Positions 1 to 13,449 of a stretch of 64,000 bases of DNA are shown here, in pieces (the first letter of the stretch is position 1; every line of letters begins with the position of its first letter). Made by a program: the position numbers and the translations under genes. The stretch is taken from positions 23,684,001-23,748,000 of the forward strand of contig OZ360247.1 in the NCBI GenBank assembly GCA_977017645.1, given 5' to 3'. Source of the stretch: Torpedo marmorata. Taxonomy: Eukaryota. The notes below the pieces were generated by a model, which saw nothing but the letters and a program-made list of their open reading frames with translations, was not told the DNA's origin and did no database searches.

Positions 1-325
1 ATAAATTCACCTTTTCCAGCTCATCCTCTGGTTATTCCCACCCCCATCCCCATGGATTTGTAGGACTAACTCTGCAAGTAGACACAGAAGTTTATTCTAC
101 CATTTGGTTACTTGATTCAATGTGATCAGGATGTCAAATACTTTCTGTAAAAGAGGGTTGGAATTGCACAACAGAATAAATGCAGAATGTTGATTGGGCA
201 GGAGATTTGGTGAACGGTTTAATTTTCCAGTCGTTACTATTTGATTCATTTGTGCCACCCTTCATTCATGCTTCCAAATTTCCAGCCAATATTCCACCTC
301 ATTCAATTTGGTGATGAGGTATGGA

Positions 326-570
326 GGAGAATAGGTGAGATACAAACCAGAGGTCATGGGTTAAAGGTGAAAGGGGAAACGTTTTTGGGGAACTTCTTCA
401 CACAGAGAGTGGTGGGAGTGTGGAACGAGCTGCCAGCTGAAGTGGTGAATGCGGGCTCAATTTTAACATTTAAGAAAAATTTGGACAGGTACATGGATGG
501 GGGAGGTATGGAGGGATATTGACTGGGTGCAGGTCAGTGGGACTAGTCAGAATAATAGTTCGGCACTGAC
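326..570 (+). mobile_element. CR1 LINE 3' fragment
   Basis: TRGHGLKVKGE...FFTQRVVGVWNELPAEVV (CR1 ORF2 C-terminus), followed by a 3'UTR ending in ttctatggttct-type repeats. Confidence 0.85.
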
Positions 571-736
571 TAGAAGGGCCAAAGGGCCTGTTTTCTGTGC
601 TGTAATGTTCTATGGTTCTAAGGTTCTAAAAGGAGATAATTTGCTGTATCCTCTCCATATGGCGAGCTAGCAGAAGCAGCTGATCTTCATATTGCTGATT
701 AACATTTGGGCAGCCAGTCAACATTAGAATATTAAA

Positions 737-955
737 AAACCGCAGATGGTGAAAATCTGAAATTTAAAATAAAAACAAATAATGCAGAAAACAGCAAGTC
801 AATCAGCATCTGTGGAGAGAGAAAAGTTAATGATCCAGGTCAAGGACTTTGTCCAGTTCTGATGGAAGGTTCAGAAGAATCGGAAACTTTCGATGTTCCT
901 ATTTCCACAGATGCCGTCTGACCTGCTGAAGGTTTTCAGCATTTTCTGTTTCTTT
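737..955. repeat. Old Penelope-derived inverted (hairpin) miniature element
   Basis: Self-complementary arms (cagcatctgtgga / tccacagatgccg) around a degenerate ctgatggaaggt...gaaac motif. Related pieces at ~5670-5835, 9055-9240, 48540-48655 and 48830-48950. Confidence 0.5.
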
Positions 956-1019
956 AATTTGAACTGTGTGGCTAAAGACTTTAGATTTTGGACATAAAAT
1001 ATGCATTCAAAAATATTTA

Positions 1020-1262
1020 AATTTAAATTTAGACATACAGCACGGTAACAGGCCCTTTCAACCCACGAGCCCATGCTGCCCAATTACACCCAATTGACCT
1101 ACAACCCTGGTACGTTTTGAACAGTGGGAGGAAACCGGAGCACCCAGAGGAAACCCATGCAGACACGGGAAGAACGTACAACCTCCTTACAGACAGATTG
1201 GAACCCTGGTCGCTGGCGCCGTAACAACATTGCGCTAACCACTACGCTAACCATGCTGCCCA
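1020..1262 (-). mobile_element. tRNA-derived V-SINE (HE1-like)
   Basis: tRNA-like head with A/B-box-like motifs plus the V-domain tgtacgttcttcccgtgtctgcatgggtttcctctgggtgctccggtttcctcccac; AT-rich tail. Confidence 0.8.
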
Positions 1263-2559
1263 TTTCTTGCAAGTTTTTCTTAAAACAGGAAAATATAAAG
1301 CTGGGTTTGTTTAAACTGTGGGAGTCAATTGCTGCCGATAGGAGTTGCTTGGCAGCTGCTAGAGGAATTAAAAATGCTCTCCGGGATTTGTGTAATAACA
1401 GGTAATTATGTGCATGCCATGTCAAAAGCAAGTGTTCACTTTGCAAGACATTGTCTAAAGAAGCAATGTCCCACTTCATGAGGAAGCTGTAATGCAATGG
1501 GTGAAAGAAAGCATTCCCAATTAAAGTGTGTGCGTGTAGAGCCATCCACATCCATTTTCAGAAGACCTGAAGCATTTTACATTTTTAAAATACTGTAATC
1601 GAGTAAACAAAGAATCTAATTTGCACACAAATGTTCGTTGTGAACTTGGTTAATTGGCTTTAGTGATATTGATTATGGGGTAAATGGTGTATACTCCTTG
1701 TAGTGAGAGATTTCACATTCACCCGAGAGGTTAGACAAGACCTCATTTAACATCCAAAAGGGGATACACCTAGACATCACACTATATATTTTTGTACATA
1801 AAGCTCTGGGTTGAACATTAAACTGTCAGACTCAGAGGTGAGAATATTACCAACCTAGCAGGACATTACGACTCCTCAGGTCTCAGTCTAGTAATGGAAT
1901 CCAGCGACAATTCAGCCATATTAATGATAGATACCTGTCCAAATTATCCCCCTGCTGATAGAGGTGATTGTGGGGGCAGATTTGGCACATTACTGCTCTG
2001 TATAATTTACATCCTGTGAAATGCAGCCAGAAGAGGATTACATAAACTTTTATCTTGTTTCTCTAATTGGTTCTATTATTTTTGAAGAATTTCCCAAAGA
2101 CGACACGCTCCAAGTATAGTGTTTAAGTTACTGGAATAATATCCAGAAGCCTGGATTTTTGGTTTGGAGACAGACCATAGCAGCCGGAAATTCATCCGAA
2201 AGTAAATAAATCTGGAAAAAAAACATTTGGTTCACCAGTGTCAAAGAAGAAAATATGTTGCCCAGAACTGTTCTGACCTAGAGGAGCCTACAAACCACAG
2301 CCATACTACTGACTCCCAACTGCCTACTGAAATGGCCACACTAGTCAAGGCTGAGTGAGTGTGGCTTAAGCTCCAAGATGGACACACACAAAACACCTTC
2401 TCTGCTGCCTCAGTTAGATGGGAAGATTCTTGGCAGTATTTTGGAGAACAGGGGAATTCTTCCCAGGATCCTGGTCAATATTTACCCCCTGCAACAAACA
2501 TTCTGCTGATTATCATTTCATGCTTGCATTAACTGGCTGCAACATTTTTTAAATTTAAA

Positions 2560-2815
2560 AAAAAAATTTAGACATACAGCACTGTAACAGGCCATTTCGG
2601 CCCTATGAGTTCGTGCCACCCAATTTACAACCCATTAACCTACACCCCCGGTACATTTTGAAAGGTGGGAGGAAACCGGAGCCCCCGGAGAAAACCCACG
2701 CAGACACGGGGAGAACGTACAAACTCCTTACAGACAGCGCGGGATTCGAACCCAGGTCCGGCCCCGATCGCTGGCGCTGTAAAGGCGTTGCGCTAACCGC
2801 TACGCCAACCGTGCA
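2560..2815 (-). mobile_element. V-SINE
   Basis: Same consensus, near-identical to the copies at 6712 and 39977; B box gggttcgaatccc. Confidence 0.85.
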
Positions 2816-3934
2816 AACGCATACCACACTTCAGAAGTACCTCGTTGGATGTAAAGCACATGGGAGATGGCTAGAAAAGGCAAATGTTTATTTCTTTCAT
2901 TTTTAGAACCTCTGGCTTGTTTACGCTTCAGCTAGGGAATCTAGATTCTCTCCAACCTCTCTCAATTATTTTTGTGTAAACCAAGAGCTCTGATGCAAAT
3001 GGCTTGGATAAGTACACAGCCAAATGGTGTAAAACTGGAGCACCATTAATTGGTAAGGAAAGATGAACACTGCATCTGCAAATGTTAATTTATCTCAGGG
3101 AATCTCAGACTTGTATGTGATGTCATGTATGTACTCTATCTGAAATCTACTCAAATAACACTCAGAAGATTCATCAGCATAACAGATTAGGCTAAATTTA
3201 CTTTCTTCTGCTCACAGGTTGATTAACTCCAAACAGATTTCCCTGCTTATTGTTAAATCAGTCAAATCACGTAAAAAAAAAAAAAACAGAAAAATAATGC
3301 TGAAGCTAATGATAACAAAAAAAAAAACTGTGATAAAAATGAATTTTGAAAAAAGATTTGGGGAGTGTTTTCCATGAGCAGTTTTGCCTATCCAGATGAT
3401 AGTTGAAAGCTGTGCTTTCTCATTGACAATAGAGAATCTTTGGGTGATTCCAAATGCCCGATTCTTGATACCTTAAAGACAAGTGCGCTTCGTGTATCGG
3501 AATACTACCAACTGCAAGTTCCCATCCAAGTGGCCCAACATCCTGATCTGAAAGCAGACTGGTGTCATCGTTGCTGGGTCAGGATCCTAGAATTCCCCAC
3601 ATCATTATATGACAGGAAGCCAGATCAAGTAAGCAGTTCACCAACACTGAAGTGCAGTTAAGAATGTGCAAGAAAGGCTGGCTGTAGTAGTGAGGTCCAC
3701 ATTCCATCAATGAAAAATAAAAGTCCCAAGTTAATACGGCTTCAGATCGTACAGTCTACATGAACCATTCAATCCCTAGTTCTCCATATTTTCCATCCGC
3801 TCATTATTATTTATTATAAGGTTTGGTATAAACATCTCTTTGTTGGCATTCACTGAACTAATGCTCAGTCAGTCTCGTGCTAACTAGGCATCAACATAAA
3901 GATGTTCAATAGTTTGCAAGCTGAGCAAACACAG

Positions 3935-4100
3935 ATGGTGTAACGCTATTACAGCTCCAGCAACCTGGGTTTGAATCGGTGCTGTCTGTAAGGTGTTTGC
4001 ATGCTTTCTCTGTGTCCACGTCAGTTTCCTCCCACCCTCAAAAAATGTATGGGGTTTGTAGGTCAATTGGCGTATTTTGGCGGTACGGGCTCGTGGCAGG
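3935..4100 (+). mobile_element. Diverged V-SINE
   Basis: gggtttgaatc...gctgtctgtaagg...tttcctcccaccc match the family consensus. Confidence 0.65.
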
Positions 4101-4109
4101 GTAACTCCC

Positions 4110-4770
4110 CACAAGAACATAAGCAAATAGAAGGAGGTCACCAGGTCCTCAAACTTGCCCCACCATTCAACATGATCATGGCTGATCTACACTGGCTTCA
4201 ACCTCTCCTCTGTACCATATCCCCACAGCCCTCAAAGCCTCGATATTTCAAAAATATATCTATCGCCTTGTTAAATTCTTGTAATGAGCCAGCCTCCATG
4301 TCCCTGGAGTAGAGAATTCCAGAAATGCACTATGTACCTTTGCTTTAAACATCTGACCCCTTCAAAAACTGTCCCCTTGTTTGAGACTCACTAGTGGGAA
4401 CATCTCAACATCTACCCTGTCATCTCCCCTCTAGATCTTGTATGTTCGAATAAATCTCCCTCATTCTTCTAAACTTCAAATACTGACTCAACATGTTTTG
4501 CCTCTCTTGATAGAGTTATCCTCTCATCCCTGGAATTAGCCTGGTGAATCTCTTCTGGACCTCCTCCAATGCCACTGTCTACCTTCTTGGGTAAGGGGAT
4601 CAAAACAGTGAATAGTATTCCAGGTGTGGCCTCAACAAAACAACCTGTTCAATTGTAATAAAAACTTCCCGGTTTCTAAACTCCACACCCTTCAAAATAA
4701 CGGCCAATATACCATTTGATTTCCTAGCTGCTTGCTGCACCTGTCAGCGAACTTCTTGTGATTCATGATG
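4110..4770 (-). mobile_element. Decayed CR1 LINE 3' fragment
   Basis: Reverse-strand similarity to the CR1 ORF2 C-terminus (cctggtgaatctcttctggacctcctccaa = LEEVQKRFTR) and a gaacataag tail. Confidence 0.7.
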
Positions 4771-5847
4771 TTTGCAATTTGTAATGTTTCTTTTACCCAA
4801 AGGAATTTTAAAAACGACCTTGAGATAGACCACACAACGAACCTGAACACATGTAGGAAGTGACCCCCTGGCAGGTTCCGATTTCAAGATAAACTAACAA
4901 GACGCAGAGATTGTCCACACATTGTGGTCCGCTCCTACACCTTGCAAACAGGTGTACAGGATTCATCACCTCACAACATGGCAAGAATGCAAGACTGCTT
5001 CCCAGCAGTTCTCGATGGCCATTATGCGTTCCCAATTCAGCTTCGTTCCCAATGTGAATGAAGGAACACTGCTAACAAGAGTGGCTCGGCTATAATGCCC
5101 ATCATGTTTTTATACTGTCATTGCTCAAAATGGCAACTTTAATATTGTTACACATGAATCTCTGCTATGGCAGCATTGTCTAACATAGGGAAAAAGAAAA
5201 CAAGCTGAGAAATTAGATCTACACATAGCAGAAAATAGAAACCAAAGTGTTTTCACTGCTTAGAAATCTTCCCTGCTATTGATATGATTTGACCTTCCAC
5301 TTCCATACATTGTAATAATTAATTCTGAATCTGCTGTTGGCAATAACAACCATATGGGCCTTTAGGGACAGAATTTGAGAAAAACCTGGTTCCTGGTGGA
5401 ATGGAAATCCCCAACTTTAACCCTGAGGCCTTTCCTCATTCTCCAATAGAACTTCTTGTTTTCTTCTTTTATCAATGCTACTGTGACTGTACTCTCTTTA
5501 AATGTTCCTCTCCGGATATTCCTCATCATAAGCATATTGCCCAAACTATCACTCTCCACACCTTTCCTGCTTTGAAATCAGAGTTTGATGTTAATCTTAT
5601 TCAAAACTGGAGTATACCTTACATCACCAAATCTCTCAGCCATTAATCACTACTGTCCAATTTAATTTCAGCAAGGAACAATCTGCTGGAGGAATTCAGT
5701 GGGTCAAGCAGCGTCAGTAGGTGGGGGGAGTGGGGGGAAAAGAATGTTTGACGTTTTGGGTTGGAACCCGATGAAGCGCTCCAACCCAAAATGTCGATCA
5801 TCCTTTTTCTCTTCCGACTTCCTCTAGCATACTGTTCCTTGCTGCAT

Positions 5848-6090
5848 GGCGGCACGGTTAGCGCAATGCTGTTACAGCATCAGCGACCGGGGTTCGAATC
5901 CGGCACTGTCTGTAAGGAGTTTGTACGTTCTCCCCATGTCTGCTTGGGTTTCCTCTGGGTGCTCCGGTTTCCTCCCATCATTCAGAAACGTACCAGGAGT
6001 GTAGGTCAATTGGGTGTAATTGGGCAGGATGGGTTTGTGGGCCAAAGGGCCTGTTACCTTTCTGTATGTCTACGTCTGTATGTCTATGTC
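5848..6090 (+). mobile_element. V-SINE inserted into a Penelope-derived repeat
   Basis: ggcggcacggttagcgca...ggggttcgaatcc...V-domain; Penelope-like sequence at 5670-5835 resumes at ~6090-6140. Confidence 0.8.
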
Positions 6091-6711
6091 AGATTTCCTT
6101 TTGCTCCAGATTCCAGCATTACAATCTCTCGTGTCTCCAGTCTAAGCGACTTGTCCTTTATACCATATTAGTACATATCTTTATTCTATGAAACATTTTA
6201 ATCTGAAGTTTGTTACTCAGTGCCAACTATACTCTCTCTTGAAAGCAGGGGGGGGGGGGGGATTCACCTTTGCTGGGTAACACCTCCAGATGAACTGGTT
6301 TCATCTGTGCGCTCATGTTCGGATGTAAAATTCTACTGAACCTACTTTGTCCCCCCTTCCAGTTTACACAGCAGGAGATTCCTCTGGGAAACTGGTCCAA
6401 ATTGAAGGAAAATACAGCAAAGTGGTAATTTTGAGGAAGAATAACAAACCGAAGTAGAAAGAAAACTAGCGTTAGTTACATTTCAAGACAAGATCTTGCA
6501 CAAGACAAAATTAATGGGGTAATGTTTCACACAATATAAAACTTGGTTGCTTTCTGAGGGGTGGGAGGGGGGGGAAGTAAAAACAATGCACAGGTTTAAT
6601 TCTATTGTTCTTGGCTTTGGTTTCTACACAATTAAAACTGACAGACTCTCTAGCCTTCATGGGCTTCATCAAATTGACATTGTGCCACCAGGCTAATTTA
6701 GGGAGGATGTT

Positions 6712-6968
6712 TAAATGTAGATGTAGACATACAGCACGGTAACAAGGCCATTTCGGCCCACGAGTCCGTGCCGCCAAATTTACACCCAATTAACCTACAC
6801 CCCCGGTACATTTTGAACGGTGGGAGGAAACCGGAGCCCCCGGGAAAACCCACGCAGACACGGGGAGAACATACAAACTCCTTACAGACAGCGCGGGATT
6901 CAAACCCCGGTCCCGATTGCTGGCACTGTAAAGGCGTTACGCTAACCGCTACGCCAACCGTGCCGCCC
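6712..6968 (-). mobile_element. V-SINE
   Basis: Full-length match to the family consensus. Confidence 0.85.
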
Positions 6969-8830
6969 AAGGCACAAAGACACGTTTACCAAGACACAAT
7001 CCCCAAACATTTCATTGGTTGCATCATAATAGGTGTCTGTTATTTTTGCAAATAGAATATGTTCAGATCTCTTGATCTCTGATACAGTGACAGTTTCTGG
7101 CAAAGATATTAAAGGACATGAGACTTACCAGGCATTTTGATCTTTATGAGATCTTTCTCAGAAAGAATCTGAACAACTGCAAAATGTCAATATTTGGGAA
7201 GCACATTGAACAAATGTGGACCAGAGGTTGCTTTCTCCCCTGTTCGGCAGGAAAGCAATCTTAGTTTCAATGCATCTCCAAGATTATTTTGTGGAATTAC
7301 AAATAGTAATTACAAATAGCATGCAGTTTGGTTCTCTTTTGGAAGCATTCAATCTCAATTGGAGATTGATTAACAGCTCTATCAAATACCAGGGAGTGGA
7401 TCTTCTGCCAAACCACAATACCATTATCATCTCTCACAGTGGGTGAGCTTTATTTACTGTCATTTTGCTTACCAGCTGAAGCGTTGCAAGCCTGTGAGTG
7501 CATGCAAAGCAAGAATCAACAAAACCAGTTTCTGATGAAATTAATGATCGAGGAGCTGGGAGAGCAGCTATTGTGAAACTGTTGGTGGCTTGGAAAAACA
7601 AACACCATGAATAAGTTGAGGTCACTTCGTGCTATAATGACCATTTCCCACCTCCCTCCTATCTGACTATAAACTGCCAATGATCCCAGGGACAATAGCA
7701 AACCACTTTCGAGGACTGGACTGTTTGACAAGTTAAATACAGGTGACTGAGACCATTTGCTCAAAGTTATCCAATCCTTCCACAAAAATAAACACAGGTA
7801 TCTTCCCTCCCATTATGTTATCTTATCTAATTTTGAATGAAGTCATCTCCTTTTGCCCTTTAATCAATCTACCTTCCTCAGTACAGCTTAGAGTGAAGAA
7901 AGCTACATAATTCTACTTGGGTTCAACCACCCAAGCACAAAGCTACACTGAAACAGAGACTAAAACTACATTTAAAATGTTGCAGGAAGCCAAAACTTGT
8001 ATCCAGAGCCAAAGTGCAGCCATTTTAGTATTAGAACAATGGGAAATATAGTACCAATGCCTGAGGTATTTTAATTAGACTGTGTCCTCTTGTTCACTTT
8101 GCAGAATCTTATTTCACTACATGTTAAGACAATTGTAATACAGCATCAATAGGAAGTAAAAGGTAACCAATGTTTCAGGCCTGAGCCCTTCGTCAAGGTG
8201 AATGGAAGACAATGGTAACCGATTAAGATGTCTCCCACGCTACAATTCTGATTTCTAAATGTGGATCCTGACAGAACTTTCAAAACAAATGTCAAAGTTT
8301 TATTATAGTTCATCTAATAACTACCAAGCTAATATAGAGGAAGGAGGGAGATCATGTGATGCAGACTGCCAAAAATCGGTCTACCTCATTTCCTCATAAA
8401 AGTCAATACATCTTTGACCACAGTGTCTTCTTCCTTTTTTACCAGGCGTTGTTCTTTCAAAGGGGAAATAAGCCCTTTCAGTAAAGGTCCTTTCTCATGC
8501 AGGTTATCTGCTGAGGATATTCAAGTGTTTAAATTCCCCCACCAGCTCAGATTGTGACCTCTATAGGCAAATAAAATTGAGGATAATTGTTGACCCTGAT
8601 TCAATGGCAGCAATCAAAACCAGTGGAAAAACAAATATTCAAGGCCCATTCCAGTGCTGAGTTCACCATTAGCCATGTATTTTGAGGACGAGGCATTTTT
8701 TTTTGGAATATTTTATTTAATTTTTTTTTATACATGTAATATTACCCCATCCCTTCTCCCCCTCCCCCAACCCACCCCCTTTCAAAAGTAGTGTATTTAT
8801 ATAACAAATAAGGACGAGGCATTAAAGCAG

Positions 8831-9808
8831 GATCAGAAAGCACAAGCTATAATCTTTTGGTTTGTGCGAGTTGCTTCTGCATGACCTTTATTTGCTAGAT
8901 AAGTACATGAGCTGGAATATAAATTATTAAGGTCATTGCATATTAATTCACAGATATACCTGCCAATTGTACTGAGTCAATGTTGTAAACTCAAGGACTT
9001 GCACGTTTCATTACTACAAATCCAAGATAAAAAGCAATTGCAATGATTGTTAATTTTGAAATAAAAATAGAAAATGCTGGAAACAAACAGCAAGTGAGGC
9101 TGCATCAGTGGGAAGAAATCGAGTTAAGTTCTGACAAAGGATCATTGACCTCCGTCATCAATGTTTCCCTATCCATGGATGCTGATTGGCTCGCTGATTG
9201 TTTCCATTTTAGTTTCCCAGTGTCTGCAGTTTTTGATTTTCATTTATGGCACCATTTTGTGTGCTAAATAGTTTAATTTAAAAAAAAAGTAAAAGAATAT
9301 CAGAGACCTATTGTAATGCCCATGAGTTTCCTTCCTCTGTGGACTAAGTGCACAAACACATTTTAGCAGGCAAAACTAACAGTATATCCAACAGTGTGCA
9401 AAGCCTGTACACAACCATCCATGGCCCACTGATTGCAATTGCTAGACATCACAGTGCTTGTGTGGCCTGCTTCACTGTGACTTAAAGGGGTCCTGTGTGA
9501 TTTTGGTCTACATCCAGTGCTGGGAATCCACCTTAGTGAGTGGTTTCATATTTGGCTTACTCAATAATTCATTATGCACAAATGAATTTCCGTACAGCAG
9601 TCCATGATTAAGATAGAATAATGCTGACCATTCTTAATACTGAGTGGACTGCCATGGTAGTTTCCTAGAATATAAAGTTCACAGTTAGTTATATATGTAA
9701 TTCATCTAAAAGGGTTCTATCACACAAGGAATCTATAGCAACTGTGTATTGGTTGTGTGGACTACATCCCTCTGATGTTTAACCTTCACTATTACTTCAA
9801 CAATGAAA
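8831..9808 (+). repeat. Left arm of a ~1-kb inverted duplication
   Basis: Reverse complement of 11652-12534 plus 13236-13344. The ORF track shows the same peptide MIVNFEIKIENAGNKQQVRL at 9043(+) and 12454(-). Confidence 0.95.
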
Positions 9809-10419
9809 CTGAGCCTGTGTTGCAAACTCTTGTGCTCTAGTAGATCTAAAAATATTGCTGTGCTGTTTTAATTAGGACCCAGGTACTTCCTCCTAATATT
9901 CTGGCCAAGGTACTTTTAAACCAACAGTACCCAAGAGCGTTTAATTTTATCAATCAGCTCATTGCTGTTTGTAAGATACCATTCTGTCAAAATTGGCTGC
10001 GATTTTCTACGTTATAACAGTTCAAAGCTTTTCAGCAGCTGTAAAAATTACTTGCAAAATCTTGTTTCCAAAATATATTATATAAATACACAAGAACATT
10101 AGAAAACAATAGGGTCGACCACTTGGTCCCACCAACCTGTCCCGCTGTTCAATATAATCATGGCTGGTCTGTTTCAGGTCTCATCCCGCCTTCTGTGCTT
10201 CCATGATCTTTCAACAATGTATCTGTCGTCTCTTTACTCTCCAGGGTAGAGCATTCCATATTCACCACTGTCTGCAAGAGGGTCCTATAGACCTCAGGTT
10301 TTAAATGACTGATCCCCAAACCGTGTAACTATGCCTCCTCATTTGAGTTTCTTCCACGAGTGAAAACATCACAATTTACCCTGTCCTCCCCGCACATAAT
10401 GAACCTTGTACCTTTCAGG

Positions 10420-11085
10420 AAGATCTTGGGAGTCACTATCTCAGAGGATCTTTCCTGGACCCAACACACAAATGACGTCGCGAAGAATGCACATCAGCAC
10501 CTCCACTTCCTCAGGAGTTTCCGGAGGTTTGGCATGACATTGGAAACCTTGGAAAATTTCTACAGATGTGTGGTGAAAAGTGTGCTGACCGACTGCATCA
10601 CGGTCTGGTATGGGGACACCAAATGCCCCCGAGCTAAAAGCCCTGCAAAAAGTAGTGGACACAGCCCAGGACATCACAGGTAAAACCCTCCCCACCATCG
10701 AGAACATCTACAGGGAACGCTGCCGTCGGAGAGCAACAGCAATCATCAAGGATCCACAACACCCAGCACACGCTCTGTTCTCGCTGCTACCATCAGGAAA
10801 GAGACATACCAGGTTCAGGAACAGCTGCTACCCCTCCACCATCAAACTCCTCAACAACAAACTCAATCAGGGACTCATTTAAGGACTCTTACTTTTGCAC
10901 TTCATTGATTTTTTTTTCTCTGTATTGCACAGTTTGTTTACATTTCTTTATTTGTTTACATGTGTACGTTGAGTCAGGTTTTTTTTTGCACTACCAATTA
11001 GTGGTAATTCTGCCTTGCCTGCAGGAAAAAGAATCTCAGGGTTGTATGTGATGTCATATATGTACTCTGACAATGAATCTGAATC
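10420..11085 (+). mobile_element. Rex1/Babar-type LINE 3' fragment nested in a decayed minus-strand CR1 (~10095-11395)
   Basis: LGVTISEDLSW...HLHFLRSFRRFG...FYRCVVKSVLTDCITVWYG; KDPQHPAHALFSLLPSG; aatctgaatc tail. Confidence 0.75.
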
Positions 11086-11651
11086 CGAGACCACCTGCCC
11101 TTCTTCCAGGCTGAAAAAAATATACATATCTTTCGCTGCTCAGGTAAGGGCATCACTCTCATTCTAGGAACTAGCCTAGTGAATCTCTTTTGGACTGCCT
11201 CCAATGCATTTCTTGTGCAAGAGGAACTAGAGTATGCACACTACTTCAGTTGTGACCTCACCAATACCTGGTACAATTGTAACAATACTTCCCCATTTCC
11301 AAATTCCAACCTTCTAGCAATAAAGTCCAATATGCTATTTGACTTCCTACCACTTGTTACACCTGCTTGCTAACTTTGTGCAATGCATGCACGATTACAC
11401 AATCTCCATCTTTTTTGATATGAACATAATGCGTACTCCCACATGAAATGAACTCTTGCATATTAGTCGTATGGAAGAGTTGCAAAAAGTTTCAAAGACA
11501 TGGGTCCCCCAAAAGCCCTTTTGAATGAAAAGGAAATCTCAGGAGCCCACATAACGAGATGGTGCCCATCCATCTCTTCCTAAGATTTGAATAAAAGGAA
11601 TTCAATGCACCTGTTTTCCTTTCGTAGTTGGGATTGTTTCCCTGCGTCATG

Positions 11652-13344
11652 GTTTCATTGTTGAAGTAATGGAGAAGGTTAAACATCAGAAAGATGTAGT
11701 CCACACAACCAATACACAGTCGCCACAAGTTGCTATAGATCCCTTGTGTGATAGAACCTTTTATATGAATTACATATATAAGTAACTGTGAACTTTATAT
11801 TCTAGGAAAGTACCATGGCAGTCCACTCAGTATTAAGAATGGTCAGCATTATTCTATCTTAATCATGGGCTGCTGTACGGAAATTCATTTGTGCATAATA
11901 TGCAAACCACAATGTGTTATTGAGTAAGCCAAATATGAAACCACTCACTAAGGTGGATTCCCAGCACTGGATGTAGACCAAAATCACACAGGACCCCTTT
12001 AAGTCACAGTGAAGCAGGCCACACAAGCACTGTGACGTCTAGCAATTGCAATCAGTGGGCCATGGATGGTTGTGTACAGGCTTTGCACACTGTTGGATAT
12101 ACTGTAAGTTTTGCCTGCTAAAATGTGTTTGTGCACTTAGTCCACAGAGGAAGAAAACTCATGGGCATTACAATAGGTCTCTGATATTCTTTTACTTTTT
12201 TTTTTAAATTAAACTATTTAGCACACAAAGTGGTGCCATAAATGAAAATCAAATACTGCACACTGGGAAAGTAAAATGAAAATAAAACGTTGGAAACAAT
12301 CAGCGAGCCAGTCATCATCCATGGATAGGGAAACATTGATGACGGAGGTCAATGATCCTTTGTCAGAACTTAACTCAATTTCTTTCCACTGATGCAGCCT
12401 CACTTGCTGTTTGTTTCCAGCATTTTCTATTTTTATTTCAAAATTAACAATCATTGCAATTGCTTTTTATTTTGGATTTGTAGTAATGAAACGTGCAAGT
12501 CCTTAAGTTTGCAACACTGGCTCATTACAATTGCTTATTGATATCTTTCCTGTAGTTAGGTGACCAAAACTGCACAAAATACTCCAAATTTGGCCTCACC
12601 AATGTCTAATACTACTTTACCATAACATCCCAACTCCTGTACTCAATACTTTGAATTATAAAGTTGAGTATAGGAGTTGGGATGTTATGGTAAAGTTGTA
12701 TAAGACATTGTTAAGGCCAAATTTGGAGTATTTTGTGCAGTTTTGGTCACCTAACTACAGGAAAGATATCAATAAATTTGAAAGAGTGCAGAGAAGATTT
12801 ACTAGGATGTTGTCTGGACTTCAGGAACTGAGTTACAGGGAAAGGTTAAACAGATTAGGACTTTATTCCCTGGAGCGCAGAAGAATGAGGGGAGATTTGA
12901 TAGAGGTATTTAAAATTATGAGGGGGATAGACAGAGTAAATGTAGGTAGGCTTTTCCCACAGAAGGTAGGTGAGATACAAACCAGAGGTCATGGGTTAAG
13001 GGTGAAAGGGGAAAAGTTTAGGGGAACATAAAGGGGAACTTCTTCACACAGAGAGTGGTGGGAGTGTGGAACGAGCTGCCAGCTGAAGTGGTAAATGCGG
13101 GCTCAATTTTAACATTTAAGAATTTGGACAGGAACATGGATGGGAGGGGTATGGAGGGCTATGGACAAGGCAGAAAAGTAGTTCAGCACAGACTAGAAGG
13201 GCCGGAGGGCCTGTTTCTGTGCTGTAATGTTCTATGCAATGACCTTAATAATTTATAGTCCAGCTCACTTACTTATCCAGAAAATAAAGGTCATGCAGAA
13301 GCAACTCACACAAACCAAAAGATTATAGCTTGTGATTTCTGAAC
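11652..13344 (-). repeat. Right arm of the inverted duplication, interrupted by a CR1 insertion (12535-13235)
   Basis: For example gaccttaataatttatagtccagctc (13241) pairs with gagctggaatataaattattaaggtc (~8909), and ccactcactaaggtggattcccagcactgg (11941) pairs with ~9514-9543. Confidence 0.92.
12535..13235 (+). mobile_element. 5'-truncated CR1 LINE with a fold-back (inverted duplicate) 5' end
   Basis: YRSWDVMVKLYKTLLRPNLEYFVQFWSP...LERRRMRGDLIEVFKI; 12535-12650 is the reverse complement of ~12662-12775. Confidence 0.9.
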
Positions 13345-13449
13345 TTTACCAGGTAAAACTTGTTGCATCCACAGTTGAATAGCTTGTTGACAATGAAGTC
13401 ATTCCAATACACTTCACAGTATAATAGCTTTGAGGCATATATGGTTTTC

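Noticed and set aside
7129-7176. 48-nt minus-strand segment with good splice signals (ttttgcag|...CTG|gtaagt)
   Set aside because: In the kinase's phase it hits TGA and has no kinase similarity; treated as a pseudo-exon without transcript evidence.
9043-9267. Duplicated 74/78-aa ORFs (also 12218-12454)
   Set aside because: By-product of the inverted duplication over an old Penelope-derived repeat; no splice or domain evidence.
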